Shown: piece after piece, positions 17,485 to 31,236 of the stretch | How positions within the stretch are numbered: position 1 is the stretch's first letter | Layout of the letters: each line of letters opens with the position of its first letter | From: Eledone cirrhosa | Lineage: Eukaryota | DNA: 64,000 nt | Assembly: GCA_964016885.1 (NCBI GenBank) | Contig: OZ024742.1 | Coordinates: 69,750,001 to 69,814,000 of the forward strand | Reading direction: 5' to 3' | The notes under the pieces: model-generated | The model's input: the letters and a program-made list of their open reading frames with translations, nothing else | Told to the model about the DNA's origin: nothing | The model's database searches: none | Made by a program: the position numbers and the translations under genes

Positions 17485-20400
17485 CTACAGGCTGATATAG
17501 AGAGAAGGCCCATTCACTCGGGCCATTCTCGCCACTTTCACCCACCTTTCATAAAACTTGCTGGGGTACAGCACCTCTCTCTCCATCCTGATTCTTCTTC
17601 CAAAGTGGTATTTGAAAAAAAGAATCAGTTGTTGGCCGGAGAGAAAGGTGTCTGACCTCAGCCCTTTCAACCTTGTCCACCATACAACCTCTTTCGCCAT
17701 AGCTATCACACAAAGGAAAACCGCCTCTCCTTCGTTTTTGAAGGAGGGTGGCGGTTTGATCATGACAATGGACTCGGTGGTCAACTGGATTGGTCCCACC
17801 CGCGACAATAGTCGTTCTACATAGCCCCACAGGTCAGTGACGCCCGGGCAGTGTATGAATGCGTGCGCGACGGTTTCTTCGTCTCGCACGCACCTCGGAC
17901 AGATCTTTTTTGCAGGGTCCCTTCCCGGGCGCCCATGTCTGTAGAGCTTGTCTCGAACTGGTAGAGCTCCTCGGTAGCACTGCCAGGCCAGGGACTTTTG
18001 GAAGTTGTCCATCGGTCCCGGGCGGAAGGTCCTACCGAACAGACTGGCCAGTTCATCTTCCTCTACGCCTAGAGTTTCACCGAGCGCGTTGTCGCACTTG
18101 CTGCGGACCAACCCTCTATAGAATGATGAAGTGGAGTCTCCACTGATCGCCGGGTCCGCCTGCCAGAGGGCTGTGAGCGCCTGAGCACATTCGATGTGCC
18201 AGTCGCCCATTTTCCTCGGTCTCTGCTTGACCCAGGACTGCAGCTCGGTCAGCGAGACGAGTCGTAGGAAGGCTCGCCTCACGAACGGGGCCCACACCGG
18301 TTGTCCGGTGAGGAATGCGTAGAGATGCCGCAGCCTGAGCGCGTGTTTGCGCATCGTCAACCACGGCATCCCCAGCCCTCCGTTAGAAGGGTGTTGGCAG
18401 CAGATGGATCTTCTCACCAAAGGAGCCCGCCTCTTCCAAAGGAATCGGAAGAGCGCGCGCTCCATTTTGGCGAGCGTTTTGGCTGGACAAGGCACGACGG
18501 TCAAGCGGTAGTAGATGGCGGACGCTATAAAAGTGTTCGCCACCTCCGCTCGACCTTTCAAGGATAGTTTGCACTCGGCCCACTTCTGGGTGAGTGCAAA
18601 CACCTTGGCCGTCACTTCGTTCCAGTTCTTCTCCACCTGGAGGTCCGGACCAAACCAGACCCGAGCAGCTTTACCGGTCCTTCCGTCCAGCGTCCGACGA
18701 CGCCATCGGAAGGCATCGGTCTGCCTCTCCACGATCCGAGTTGCAAACCGATGGACTTGTCCCGGTTCAGCTTCGCTCCTGTGAGACTTTCGTATTCCTT
18801 TAGTAAGGTGCCGACTTCCTCGATTTGCGAGGCGCTCGACACCATTGCTGTCACGTCGTCGGCGTAGGCCGACGCCGCTTTCCGCAGTCCCGGTTCCAGA
18901 GGGATGCCCTGCAATAGCTCCAGCTTCCGCAGTAGTGGCTCGAGAGTCAGTACGTACAGAAGGGAGGAGAGAGGGCATCCCTGTCGAATGGATCGCGTAA
19001 TATGGAACGGCTCCGAGAGGTAACCGTTCACCTTGACCCTTGAGCAGATGTTGCTGTTGTGCATTGCAGCAATCCAGCCCCTGAACACGGGTCCGAAGCC
19101 TGCCGCCTCGAGCACCGCATCCAGGTAACGATGGTCAACCCTATCGAAAGTCTTAGACTGATCTAAGTTGATCAGGGCCCCACCGAAGCCGGGTTTACAC
19201 CCTACCCTCTCTATGATGTATCGCATGAGGTGGAGGTTGTCGCTTATGGACCTGGTCGGGATCGCGCACGGTCTGCGCTTCTCCCACCAGGTTCTCGACG
19301 ACAAGCGCCAGCCTCTTTGCCAACACCTTGGCCAAAATCTGTAACTCTGTGTTTAGCAGAGTTATGGGCCGGAAGTTGCCTATGTCATCCCCCTTATTCT
19401 CGTCCTTCCTGATTAGTGTGACCACGCCCCCGGTTACAGAACTGGGAATTCTCCCGTTCTGTTGCCAGTTGCAGTAGACCGCTTCCAGGAGACCGGAGAA
19501 TAAGTCCGGCATTGCTACGTAAAATTCGTAGGGTAGACCGTCGAGACCTGGAGATTTGCGTTTGCCGCATTGGCTCAGCGCGTCCCCTATCTCTGTGGCT
19601 GAAATCGGCTTTTCACAGAACTTCGCCTCGCTGTCCGAGAGTCGCGGTAGGCCGTCGAGGTATGGACCGAAATCCATAGCCTCTCCCGGCGCGCCGCTCC
19701 CCCCGAACAGCCGAGCAAAGTGCCGCTGAAAAGCCGCACACATCTGCTTCGGCTCACGTATCACGCGTCCGTTTTGGTCCTTCAAAGACCGAATCGTGGA
19801 CTTGTTGCCACTTTTTGCCTCCGTCACTCGGGCCCAGCTAACAGCTTTGGCTCCCTCGTTTCCCAGAGCACGTATTTTGCTTCTGACAACGCAGCCCTCG
19901 TGCTTTGCGTCGAAGAACTGGTCCAAGGCCGTTCTCGTTGCTAGCACGCTGGCTACGTTGCCACTTCTAATTGCCTCTTCTACTTTATCTACCAGTTCCT
20001 TCTCGGTTCTATTTCTATCTAACGCTAATTCTTTACTAAAAACTATCGAGTCTAATCTAGCTGCCCTCTTGAGAGAGTACCACCATCTGTTGTTGACAAT
20101 GGCCCCTGTCAAGTGCTGTTTAACTAAAGTGCTAATCCGTCTACTGTAGGCTTTGCTTGTCGGTAACGACAAGTTCAGCTTCCAGTAGCCGGGTCCTTGT
20201 CTATGGGTTCTATCAAGGTTGGCCATGCAGGTCACTAGTTTGTGATCTGAATAGGCAACCATGAACATTTGTGGACAGCTTAACATGTCCCTATCCTTAT
20301 TTCTAACTAGAACCCTATCTAGGTACGATCTAGATGTTCCGCTACGATTACTCCACGTCCACAGTGGCGCAGTCGGAAAATCTAGTCGATATCTATCGGC

Positions 20401-20922
20401 CAGGTCAAATCGGTCGATTAACTGTTTGAGGCTGTTACACCCCCCTTTATCGGGACATGCTCCCACATAGTCCCAACGTGCATCTAGGATTCCATTCCAG
20501 TCCCCCACTAAAAGCAAGGAGCGGGACGTTCCCAGAAAAGTCTCTAGACGTTTGAAGAAGTCTGGCCGCGGTGTCCCGGATGGGGCATATGCGGCCACCA
20601 GCCTGAACGCTCCACCTTCACTACCGTCAACGTCTAGGACCACCAGTCGACCCTCCGGGTCCAGATGTACCGTCTGTGTTACGAGGCCCAGGTGTTTCCG
20701 CAACAAAACGGCAACTCCGCCCCCACCCCCCGGTTGACAGAGAGATGCGTAGATCTCAAAGTCATCGAAGATGGGGGCCAGCTGTCGCTCGCCGTGGATC
20801 CTGGACTCGCAAATGGCTACCACATCCAAACTGTGCGACCTGAGGTCGTTTAAGAGTTTGCCCTGTTTCCAGGGCATCCCCAGGCCGCGTACGTTCACAC
20901 ATCCAACTCTTATATTGGCCAT
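17485..20922 (-). pseudogene. Tx1 ORF2 (APE endonuclease, RT, Zn finger) with two frameshifts
   Basis: Three ORF pieces collinear with the intact 1145-aa ORF at 31237-34674. Confidence 0.88.
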
Positions 20923-20959
20923 GTTGGTGCTGAAAAGTTAAAAGAGGAAAAGAGATCAC

Positions 20960-22873
20960 TCACCCTTCGCCTCCTGGGGACCAGGCCGCACGATTTCCAT
21001 GGGGGTGTTGGAGGGGTTGTCTGGATGGGTGGTGGTTTCCGGCGGGGTGGGGACGCAGATGTTTGGTGGGGTGGGGTCTGGTGGGATGGGGGTGTCTGGG
21101 GTGGGGGAGGCATTTGAGAAGGACGCGGTTGAGTGGTTTCACGCAGGAATTCCCCACATCCTTCTCAAATGTTTCTTTTAGGGACCTATAAGTTTGTATA
21201 GGGACCCTAATCAGTTTAAGGTTCAGTTTTTTGCTATTTTTTATAGAGTGGGCGAAAGTTTTCCCTTCGGTGAAAACCGAAGGGTCGTTCGTGATGGTCT
21301 CCATTAGTGTTTTGTTTTCAGTATTTATGTAAGTGTAAGTGTAATTTTCTTGTGTTGTGTTTGTTTTTGTCTGTAGTTCTTGTGTGTGCTTTCGTTTTGT
21401 TGTAGGTATTTTGTTTTCAGGAGGTGGGGGTTTTGTTTGTGATATTTTTGTTGTTTGTGTTGGTGGTTGTATGTTTGTGGTAGTGTTTGCTGGTTTTTTG
21501 CTTTTGTGATGTCTTTTCTTTCTTTTCGAGCGATGGGGTTCTACCTCGTCTTCACTGGGTGATGGCGAGATAGCCTCATCTGTTGTATCGTCTGTGTGAT
21601 TGGGGAGGGGTATGTCTTGGGGAGCTGTTGTGTCTGTATGTGATTTTGCAGTGGTTTTAGGTGGAGTGGGGTTGGGTGGGACTGTGTTTGTTGTGGTTAT
21701 TTTTGTGTGTTGGTGTTGTTGTTGTTGTGGTGGTGTTGGTGGTTGTGTTGTTTTGATGGGTGTCGGCAGAAGAGCCTTTTTTTGGTTCATTAGTTTAGGA
21801 CAGGAAGCCCTCAGGTGACCCCTGCTAAAGCAATGGTAACATGAAGGCCGCCTACCCTCAACCGAAAGGTTTATGTAGGTGAGTCCGTCCAGGAGTACAC
21901 GCTGTGGGATCATAGCTATTCGCTCTGGGCTCATTTGCACCAGAACTTCAATGCTAGTCCCATTGAATACATCTCTGGGGGACTTGCCTACTGACAGTAT
22001 TCTGTCTTCATCAAAATTGATGAAGCCGCACAGTATCCACCATATGTTCACCTTTGGTGTGACACTTGTGATTCTGATCTTTTGTGTCCTTTTTCCCATG
22101 TATGTAGGGAAAAAGGTGTACAGGTTGGATACAATTGGCGACACAGAGTAATGTTGGGCCGTCAATTGATCCTTCATGAGTACCGAAATACTCCCAAAAA
22201 GTTTACTTCTTTGAATGAATGCAATATCATTCATTGAATCTTTGAAAACCAGTTCAATATCTTTCTGTGACAATTGGACTGGTTTTCGGGTAGAATTGGA
22301 AACTGTCCTAAAAACTATCGTTTTGAGAGCAGTTTCCTTGCGAATTTCTACCGGAGAATTGATGCTAAAAGCACCATTTTTTTCGAAGGTGACATATCTC
22401 TTAGCGTCCTTTAAAAGGTGTTCAGCATTTGTTATGTCGAGATATATCAATTGTTCTTTCTTTTGAACTTTCTCCGCAAAGGAGATTTTTGGTTTCTTTG
22501 TGGAATCCGTATTGGTGGTGTTGTCATTATTGTTGTTATTGTTGTTGTTATTCTTGTTGTCACCGATGTTGGTATCATCCGTATTTTCCTTGGTGTTGTT
22601 GTTGTCTTTGATGCTGGTGTTATTGGCGTTGTCTTTATTTTTTTCTTTGTTGTTGTTATCATTGTTGCTTTTATCATCATTATTGGTTTTGCTGTTATTT
22701 TTGTTGTCATTGAGCTGTTTGGTGTCATTTGTGTTGTTTGGATGTGAATTCGTTTTTTTATTTTCATTTTGTCTTTCCATCTCTATAGTATCTAGTGAAG
22801 AAGACGTTGTTGACTGCGAGCTTTGTAGTCTTACCGCCTCTCCACCACCATTATCGTTGGACGCAGCGTTCAT
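20960..22873 (-). CDS. Tx1 ORF1 (Gag-like, CCHC zinc knuckle), C-terminus frameshifted relative to the 34.7-kb copy
   Basis: 637-aa ORF with CYHCFSRGHLRASC; lies upstream of the APE-RT ORF. Confidence 0.85.
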   Translation of the reverse strand: MNAASNDNGGGEAVRLQSSQSTTSSSLDTIEMERQNENKKTNSHPNNTNDTKQLNDNKNNSKTNNDDKSNNDNNNKEKNKDNANNTSIKDNNNTKENTDDTNIGDNKNNNNNNNNNDNTTNTDSTKKPKISFAEKVQKKEQLIYLDITNAEHLLKDAKRYVTFEKNGAFSINSPVEIRKETALKTIVFRTVSNSTRKPVQLSQKDIELVFKDSMNDIAFIQRSKLFGSISVLMKDQLTAQHYSVSPIVSNLYTFFPTYMGKRTQKIRITSVTPKVNIWWILCGFINFDEDRILSVGKSPRDVFNGTSIEVLVQMSPERIAMIPQRVLLDGLTYINLSVEGRRPSCYHCFSRGHLRASCPKLMNQKKALLPTPIKTTQPPTPPQQQQHQHTKITTTNTVPPNPTPPKTTAKSHTDTTAPQDIPLPNHTDDTTDEAISPSPSEDEVEPHRSKRKKRHHKSKKPANTTTNIQPPTQTTKISQTKPPPPENKIPTTKRKHTQELQTKTNTTQENYTYTYINTENKTLMETITNDPSVFTEGKTFAHSIKNSKKLNLKLIRVPIQTYRSLKETFEKDVGNSCVKPLNRVLLKCLPHPRHPHPTRPHPTKHLRPHPAGNHHPSRQPLQHPHGNRAAWSPGGEG

Positions 22874-23121
22874 AACGTAATCAAAATTTTACAATATTTT
22901 TTTTTCCCAAGATTCGATGGAGAAAATTTTTTAAATGGATATTCCGCCCCTGAAGGGGCGAAAATGAGTTGACCCACCACCTGAAGGTCCAGACGGGTGG
23001 TCAAGTTACACAATGATATAAAATTGAACTAAAAACTCACGTTTTTTCCTTACATAAATTAACGGAAACTTCTCCGCGAAGTGACACACGACTGATAGAG
23101 AGAGAGATAGATAGATAGATA

Positions 23122-23520
23122 TATTTCTTTATTAGCCACAGGGGCACAAAAGAAGGGGACAAATACAAAGGGGGAAGTTTACATACAATAAAAACGTGTA
23201 AAATGTTATCACAGATGGAATTTAAAAGTTAGTCGATTTTCCCCAATAGAGGGAGACAGTTTATATGGGTAACACAGACCCCCGAAAAAAATGTGCAACC
23301 CTCATCTCCAGGAGTACGAAGAGCTTGTACTCCTTTCCTCTCCTCCTCCTTTTCCTCAACCTACAGGCTGATATAGAGAGAAGGCCCATTCACTCGGGCC
23401 ATTCTCGCCACTTTCACCCACCTTTCATAAAACTTGCTGGGGTACAGCACCTCTCTCTCCATCCTGATTCTTCTTCCAAAGTGGTATTTGAAAAAAAGAA
23501 TCAGTTGTTGGCCGGAGAGA
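23122..23520 (-). mobile_element. 5'-truncated Tx1 family A 3' end (about 400 bp)
   Basis: Matches 17245-17645; (GATA)n on both sides. Confidence 0.9.
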
Positions 23521-23522
23521 CA

Positions 23523-23581
<59 letters not shown>

Positions 23582-23964
23582 TATTTCTTTATTAGCCACA
23601 GGGGCACAAAAGAAGGGGACAAATACAAAGGGGGAAGTTTACATACAATAAAAACGTGTAAAATGTTATCACAGATGGAATTTAAAAGTTAGTCGATTTT
23701 CCCCAATAGAGGGAGACAGTTTATATGGGTAACACATACCCCCGAAAAAAATGTGCAACCCTCATCTCCAGGAGTACGAAGAGCTTGTACTCCTTTCCTC
23801 TCCTCCTCCTTTTCCTCAATCTACAGGCTGATATAGAGAGAAGGCCCATTCACTCGGGCCATTCTCGCCACTTTCACCCACCTTTCATAAAACTTGCTGG
23901 GGTACAGCACCTCTCTCTCCATACTGATTCTTCTTCCAAAGTGGTATTTGAAAAAAAGAATCAG
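23582..23964 (-). mobile_element. 5'-truncated Tx1 family A 3' end (about 380 bp)
   Basis: Matches the family A 3' end; GATA flanks. Confidence 0.9.
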
Positions 23965-23970
23965 AGATAG

Positions 23971-25399
23971 ATTTCTTTATTAGCCACAGGGGCACAAAAG
24001 AAGGGGACAAATACAAAGGGGGAAGTTTACATACAATAAAAACGTGTAAAATGTTATCACAGATGGAATTTAAAAGTTAGTCGATTTTCCCCAATAGAGG
24101 GAGACAGTTTATATGGGTAACACATACCCCCGAAAAAAAATGTGCAACCCTCATCTCCAGGAGTACGAAGAGCTTGTACTCCTTTCCTCTCCTCCTCCTT
24201 TTCCTCAACCTACAGGCTGATATAGAGAGAAGGCCCATTCACTCGGGCCATTCTCGCCACTTTCACCCACCTTTCATAAAACTTGCTGGGGTACAGCACC
24301 TCTCTCTCCATCCTGATTCTTCTTCCAAAGTGGTATTTGAAAAAAAGAATCAGTTGTTGGCCGGAGAGAAAGGTGTCTGACCTCAGCCCTTTCAACCTTG
24401 TCCACCATACAACCTCTTTCGCCATAGCTATCACACAAAGGAAAACCGCCTCTCCTTCGTTTTTGAAGGAGGGTGGCGGTTTGATCATGACAATGGACTC
24501 GGTGGTCAACTGGATTGGTCCCACCCGCGACAATAGTCGTTCTACATAGCCCCACAGGTCAGTGACGCCCGGGCAGTGTATGAATGCGTGCGCGACGGTT
24601 TCTTCGTCTCGCACGCACCTCGGACAGATCTTTTTTGCAGGGTCCCTGCCCGGGCGCCCATGTCTGTAGAGCTTGTCTCGAACTGGTAGAGCTCCTCGGT
24701 AGCACTGCCAGGCCAGGGACTTTTGGAAGTTGTCCATCGGTCCCGGGCGGAAGGTCCTACCGAACAGACTGGCCAGTTCATCTTCCTCTACGCCTAGAGT
24801 TTCACCGAGCGCGTCGTCGCACTTGCTGCGGACCAACCCTCTATAGAATGATGAAGTGGAGTCTCCACTGATCGCCGGGTCCGCCTGCCAGAGGGCTGTG
24901 AGCGCCTGAGCACATTCGATGTGCCAGTCGCCCATTTTCCTCGGTCTCTGCTTGACCCAGGACTGCAGCTCGGTCAGCGAGACGAGTCGTAGGAAGGCTC
25001 GCCTCACGAACGGGGCCCACACCGGTTGTCCGGTGAGGAATACGTAGAGATGCCGCAGCCTGAGCGCGTGTTTGCGCATCGTCAACCACGGCATCCCCAG
25101 CCCTCCGTTAGAAGGGTGTTGGCAGCAGATGGATCTTCTCACCAAAGGAGCCCGCCTCTTCCAAAGGAATCGGAAGAGCGCGCGCTCCATTTTGGCGAGC
25201 GTTTTGGCTGGACAAGGCACGACGGTCAAGCGGTAGTAGATGGCGGACGCTATAAAAGTGTTCGCCACCTCCGCTCGACCTTTCAAGGATAGTTTGCACT
25301 CGGCCCACTTCTGGGTGAGTGCAAACACCTTGGCCGTCACTTCGTTCCAGTTCTTCTCCACCTGGAGGTCCGGACCAAACCAGACCCGAGCAGCTTTAC
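23971..25399 (-). mobile_element. 5'-truncated Tx1 family A copy (about 1.4 kb)
   Basis: Encodes the ORF2 C-terminus (to 24210); joins family B directly at about 25400. Confidence 0.9.
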
Positions 25400-28300
25400 A
25401 GCAAAAGGGGACAAAACAAAGACATGCCGGGGATTTTACATACAATCGTGTAAAAATATGAAACAAACAATTATAACAATCAAAATCCCCAATAGGGGGG
25501 AGACGCCACAAATGGGTTGTTTAATACTCCGTCGATAGAACAATCCTCAACTTCAGGAGCGTGTTGTGCAAGTGCTCCTTTCTTCCTTTTGCTCTCTTCT
25601 TTAAACTACAGGCTTATAAACAGAGAAGGCCCAATCACTCGGGCCATTTTCGCTTCATTCACCCACCTTTCAGTAAATTTACTAGGGTGTAGTGCCTCTG
25701 TCTCCACTCTTATTCTCCTTCTAAGGTGATACTTAAAGAAGGGAATTAATTGTTGTCCGGAGAGAAAGGCATCTGTTCTCAGTCCTCTCAATCTCGTACA
25801 CCATATAACCTCTTTCACCATAGCCACTGTACAGAGGAAAACCACCTCTCTTTCGTTTTTGAAAGAGGCTGGCGGTTTGATCCTTACTATGGACTCCACA
25901 GTCCACTGGATTTGTCCCATACGCGATAGCAGTTGTTCTGCATAGTTCCACAGGTCGCTTACGCCCGGGCAGTGTACAATTGTGTGCAAGACGGTTTCAA
26001 TGTCTTGCTCGCATCTTGGACACGGCCTCTTGGAAGGATCCCTGCCGGGGCGTCCGAACCTGTAGATCTTATATCGAACGGGTAGAGCTCCTCGGTAACA
26101 CTGCCAGACCAGGGACCTCTGGAAGTTGTCCACAGGTCTCGGGCGGAATGTCCTACCGAACCGACTGGTAAACTCGTCGTCTTCGACGCCCAGAGTCTCC
26201 CCGAGCACGTCGTCGCACTTGTAAAGTACTAACCCTCTATAGAATGTCGAAGTGAAGTCTCCACTGATTGCTGTGCCCGCCTGACAGAATCTGGGCGCAT
26301 TCAATGTGCCAGGTGCCCATCTTCTTCGGTTTTCGCTTGACCCAGGACTGCAGCTCCGTCAGCGAGACAAGTTGTGGGAAGGCCTGTCTCACAAACGGTT
26401 CCCACACAGGTTGGTCCGTGAGGAATACCTGGAGATGCCGTAGCCTCAGCGCATGTTTGCGCATTATTAGCCACGGCATGCCCAGCCTTCCGTTGGAAGG
26501 GTGTTAACAGCAGGCGGATCTCCTCACCAGTGGAGCCTGCTTCTTCCACAGGAACTGGAAGAGCATGCGTTCCATCTTGGTGAGGTATTGCCGGGGACAA
26601 GGCACGACAGTCAAGCGGTAGTAGATGACGAACGCTATGAAAGTGTTCGCCACCTCCACTCGACCTTTCAAGGATAGTTTGCACTCTGCCCACTACTGGG
26701 TGAGCGCAAATACCTTGGCCATGACCTCGTTCCAGTTTTTCTTCACCTGGAGGTCTGGACCGAACCAGACCCCGAGCAATTTCACCGGTCCTTCCGTCCA
26801 GCGTCCGACGACGCTGTGGGACGGCATCGGTTTGCCTCTCCACGTTCCGAGTTGCAAACCGACAGACTTGTCCGGGTTCAGTTTTGCTCCTGTAAACCTT
26901 TCGTATTGCTGTAGTAGGTTGCCGATTACCTCGATTTCCGAGGTTTTCGACACCATTGCCGTCACGTCGTCGGCATAAGCCGACGCCGCTTTTCGCAGTC
27001 CCGGTTCTAAATGGATGCCCTGCAAAAGCTCCAACTTCCGCAATAGTGGCTCTAGAGTCAATACGTACAGAATGGAGGAGAGAGAGCATCCTTGTCGAAT
27101 GGAACGCGTGATTGCGAACGGCTCCGATAAGTAGCCGTTCACCTTGACCTTCGAGCAGATGCTGGTGTGCATCGTCTTGATATATCCTCTGAAAACGGGA
27201 CCGAAACCGGCTGCCTTGAGGACCGCTTCCAAGTATCGATGGGCGACCCTATCGAATGCCTTAGACTGATCTAAATTGATCAGAGCCCCACCGAAGCCGA
27301 GTTTACACCCCACCCTCTTTATGATGTATCGCATGAGGTGGAGGTTGTCGTGTATGGACCTAGTCGGGTTGCACACGTTTGCGATTTCCCTACCAGGTTT
27401 TCGACGTTTATTTCGTCCCCCTTGCTCTCGTCTTTCCTGATCAGCGTTACTACGCCCTTGCCTGCAGAACTGGAAATTGTCCCGTTCTGCTGCCAATTGC
27501 AGTAGACGGCTTCGAGGACGCCAGAGAACAAGTCCGGCATGCCTATGTAAAACTCATAGGGTAAACCATCTAGACCGGGTGATTTGCGTTTCCCGCAGCA
27601 GCCCAGAGCTTCCCGTATCTCAGTGGCTGTGATCGGTCTTTCGCAGAACTCGGTGTCCATGCTCGAGAGACGCGGCAGGCCGTCGAGGTATGAACCAAAG
27701 TCCATTGCCCCCTTCGGTGCACCGACGTTCTGCTCAAACAGTGGTGCCGCTGAAAGGCCGCGCACATCTACCTGGGGTCAAGTAGCACGCGTCCGTTTTG
27801 GTCTTTCAAAGACCGAATCGTGGACTTGTTGCCACCTTTCGCTTCCGCTACTCGGGCCCAGCTAACAGCTTTTCTCTCTCGTTTTTTGCTAGAGCACGTT
27901 ATTTACTTCTGACCACGCAGTCTTCATGTTTCGCGTCGAAGAACTGGTCGAGAGCCGTTCTCGATGCTAACACTCTAGCTGCGTTGCCACTTCTAAGTGC
28001 CTCCTCTACCTTGGCTACTAGTTCTGTTTCTGATTTGTTTTTCTCTAAAGCTAATTCTCTGCTAAACCCTATCGATTCTACTCTAATTACTCTCTTGAGA
28101 GAGTACCACCATTTATTGTTGACGATAGCTCCCGTCAACTCTTACTTAACTAATTTACTTATCCGTTCACGTTAGGCTTTTCGTGCCGGCAACGTCACGT
28201 TGAGATTCCAGTATCCGGATCCTTGTCTATGTATTCGATCTCGGTTGACTATGCAGACGACTAGTTTATGATCTGAATAGGCAACCATGTGCATTTGTGG

Positions 28301-29536
28301 ACAGCTTAACATCTTCTTGTCCTTCTCTCTAATGAAAAACCTATCTAAATACAATCTAGTAATCCCGCTACGGTTTGTCCACGTCCACTGTGGTGCAGTC
28401 GGGAAATCTAGTCGATATCTATCGGCCAGTTGGAATTGGCTGATTATATTTTTGAGGCTGTTGCACCCCCCTCTACTGGGACATGCTCCCACATAGTCCC
28501 ATCGTGCATCTAGGATACCATTCCGGTCCCCCACTAAAAGCAAGGAGCGAGACATTCCCAGAAAAGACTCTAGATGCTTAAAGAAGTCTGGCCGCGATTG
28601 CGATTGCCCGGTCGGGGCATAAACGGCCACCAGTCTGAGGGCTCCACCTCTAATACTGTTCACGTCTAGGACTACCAGTCTACCTTCCGGATCCAAGTGT
28701 ACTTGCTGTACTTCGGGATTCAGGTTTTTCCGAAACATGACATTCACTCACCCTGCACCTCCCAGCTGACAGAGAGATGTGTAGATCTCAAAGTCATTGA
28801 AGATGGAGGTTAGTTGCTGCCTGTTGTGGATCATGGACTCGGTGGTAGCTATTACATCTATACCGTGTGACCTAAGGTCGTTTAAAAGTTGGCCCTGTTT
28901 CCAGGGCATCCCTAGGCCATGTACATTCACAATTTCAACTCGTAAGTCAGCCATGTTGGTGGAGAAGAGTTGGCAAAAAGGACGAAAATGTGCACTTACC
29001 CTTTCGTTTCCTGGATATCGGGTTGTTCAATCTCCATTTCAGTTCTGGTGGGGGCGTTGAGTGGGGTGGGGAAACATTTCAACAGGACACGGTTTATTGG
29101 TTTTGGGCAGGGGTTGCCAACGTCCTGTGAAAATCGTTCTTTAAATTTCTGATAGGTTTCTATCGAAACCCTTATCAGTTTTAGGTGTGGTTGAGAGTAT
29201 GCCTTGACAAAAGTTTTCCCCTCAGTTTCCACTTTGGGGTCCTGTGAGATGATCTCCATCAAATGTTTGTTGTTGGGGTCGATGTATGTATATTGTTGTT
29301 TTTGTTTTAGCTGTGTTGTTTTAGTTTGTTGTTCGTCTGTGAGCTTTCTTTTTTGTGCTTGGGATGGTGTTGGTGTCTGTTTTGTTGGTAGGGGAAAGTT
29401 TAGTTGTGGTGTTGTTTGTGTTGTTGTTTGTGTCTGTGGTTGTGTGTTGGTTTTGGTGATTAGACTTTTGGGGGTTTTGTGGTGTCACTTTTTTGTTTTT
29501 TGGACTTCCGAGGCTCTTCTTCTTCTTCTTCTTCTT

Positions 29537-29567
<31 letters not shown>

Positions 29568-30888
29568 AGGAAGGAGAAGCAGCCTCATCAGTTAGTGAAT
29601 AATCATCATCAGGAGTGTGGGATAGGAGTATGTTGTGTGGTGATGGTATTTTAGTGTGTGGGTTCGTGGTAGTGTTGGATTGAGTGATGTGGGGTGGGTC
29701 TGTGTTCTTCAGTGGTGCTGTCTGTGTTTTTTCTGTTGTTTGTGGTTGAGTGGTTGTTTCTTTGTGTGTGTTTTCTTGGTTTGTGTGTTGTTGTTGTTGT
29801 GGTGGTGGTGGTTGTTGTTTTGGTGTTGGTGTTGGTAAAAGTACTTTTTTTTTATTTGTTTGTAAAGAGCAGGGGCTTTTAAGTGTGATGTGCTTTCACA
29901 TCGAAAACAGTGTGCCTCCCTCCTTCAGTTACAATGTTAATGTAGTTCTTGTTGTCGACCAGCACTCTTTCGGGGATTTTTGAAATTATTTCTGGTTTCA
30001 TTTGAATCAGAATTTCCAAATTAGTTCCTGCTCACCTTTGTCTGGTCGACTTCCTGACCGAAAGAATTGTATCGTTTTCTGGCTCTATGAAACCTGATAA
30101 GATACACCAAATGTTGATGTTTGGTGGTATGTTTTTTATTTTAATTTTTTGTGTTTTTTTCCCATGTAAGTAGGGAAAAATGTGTGTGCTTTGGCAATGA
30201 CGGGTGTAACAGAATGCTTTTGTTCGAGGGCCTCGCTTTTAAAAAGTACCGAAATACTTCCATATAGTCTGGCCCTCTGCATAAAATCAATGTCCGGCAG
30301 AGCCTCTTTCAAGGTGGTTTCAATTTCCCCTTGACTGAGGAATACCGGTTTTTTGTTTGATTTGAAACAGTTCTGAAGGTGACTGTCATTCGAACTGTTT
30401 TTCGTTTAATTTCCAAAGGTGAGTTTATTTGAAACCCACCCTTTTCTTCAAATTTTATAAATTGTTTCGCATCAGACAACATCTGCTTTGAATTGCTGAT
30501 GTCCAACTCTTTATATTTTGTTTTGTTTATCACAGTCTGTGCAAATGCTGTTTTTTCAATTTTGTTGTTGTTGTCGGTTTTTCGTGTGTAGTTGTGTCAA
30601 TTGTTTCTGCATTTTCTGTATTTTTTGGTGTATGTTGTGGGCTGTTATTTTCATCTTTTGTTGTGCAAATATCCATTTCTTTACGAAACAATGTTTTGTT
30701 GTTGTTTGTCTCCATAGATACTTCTATGGAAGTAGAGGGATATATAACGCTTATATCTGCCTCTTTCCCTCTCTTCTCGCTGTTAACGCTAGCTAGCGTT
30801 CTCTGTAAGTCACACATTGTTAGAGTCAAGAAAAATTTTAAAACTTCTCAATAATTTTTTTAACTAAATTTTCGCCCCACAGGGGCAA
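25400..30888 (-). mobile_element. Tx1 family B, near full length, decayed
   Basis: ORF2 fragments (MADLRVEIVNVHGL, SDHK, LDQSKAFDRV, YADD, CPRC) and ORF1 fragments homologous to family A; many stops and frameshifts; followed by a long (GATA)n. Confidence 0.88.
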
Positions 30889-30906
30889 TAGATAGATAGA
30901 CAGATG

Positions 30907-30998
<92 letters not shown>

Positions 30999-31236
30999 TA
31001 TTTCTTTATTAGCCACAGGGGCACAAAAGAAGGGGACAAATACAAAGGGGGAAGTTTACATACAATAAAAACGTGTAAAATGTTATCACAGATGGAATTT
31101 AAAAGTTAGTCGATTTTCCCCAATAGAGGGAGACAGTTTATATGGGTAACACATACCCCCGAAAAAATGTGCAACCCTCATCTCCAGGAGTACGAAGAGC
31201 TTGTACTCCTTTCCTCTCCTCCTCCTTTTCCTCAAT

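Larger units (their letters stand above)
17245..23093 (-). mobile_element. Tx1-clade non-LTR retrotransposon, family A, full length, ORF2 frameshifted
   Basis: Nearly identical to 30999-36843. ORF1 22873-20960; ORF2 split into 20922-19195, 19304-18612 and 18978-17485. 3' AATAAA then (TATC)n. Confidence 0.92.

Noticed and set aside
24210-25511. 433-aa ORF with a novel N-terminus
   Set aside because: Chance read-through from the family B 3' UTR into a truncated family A ORF2.
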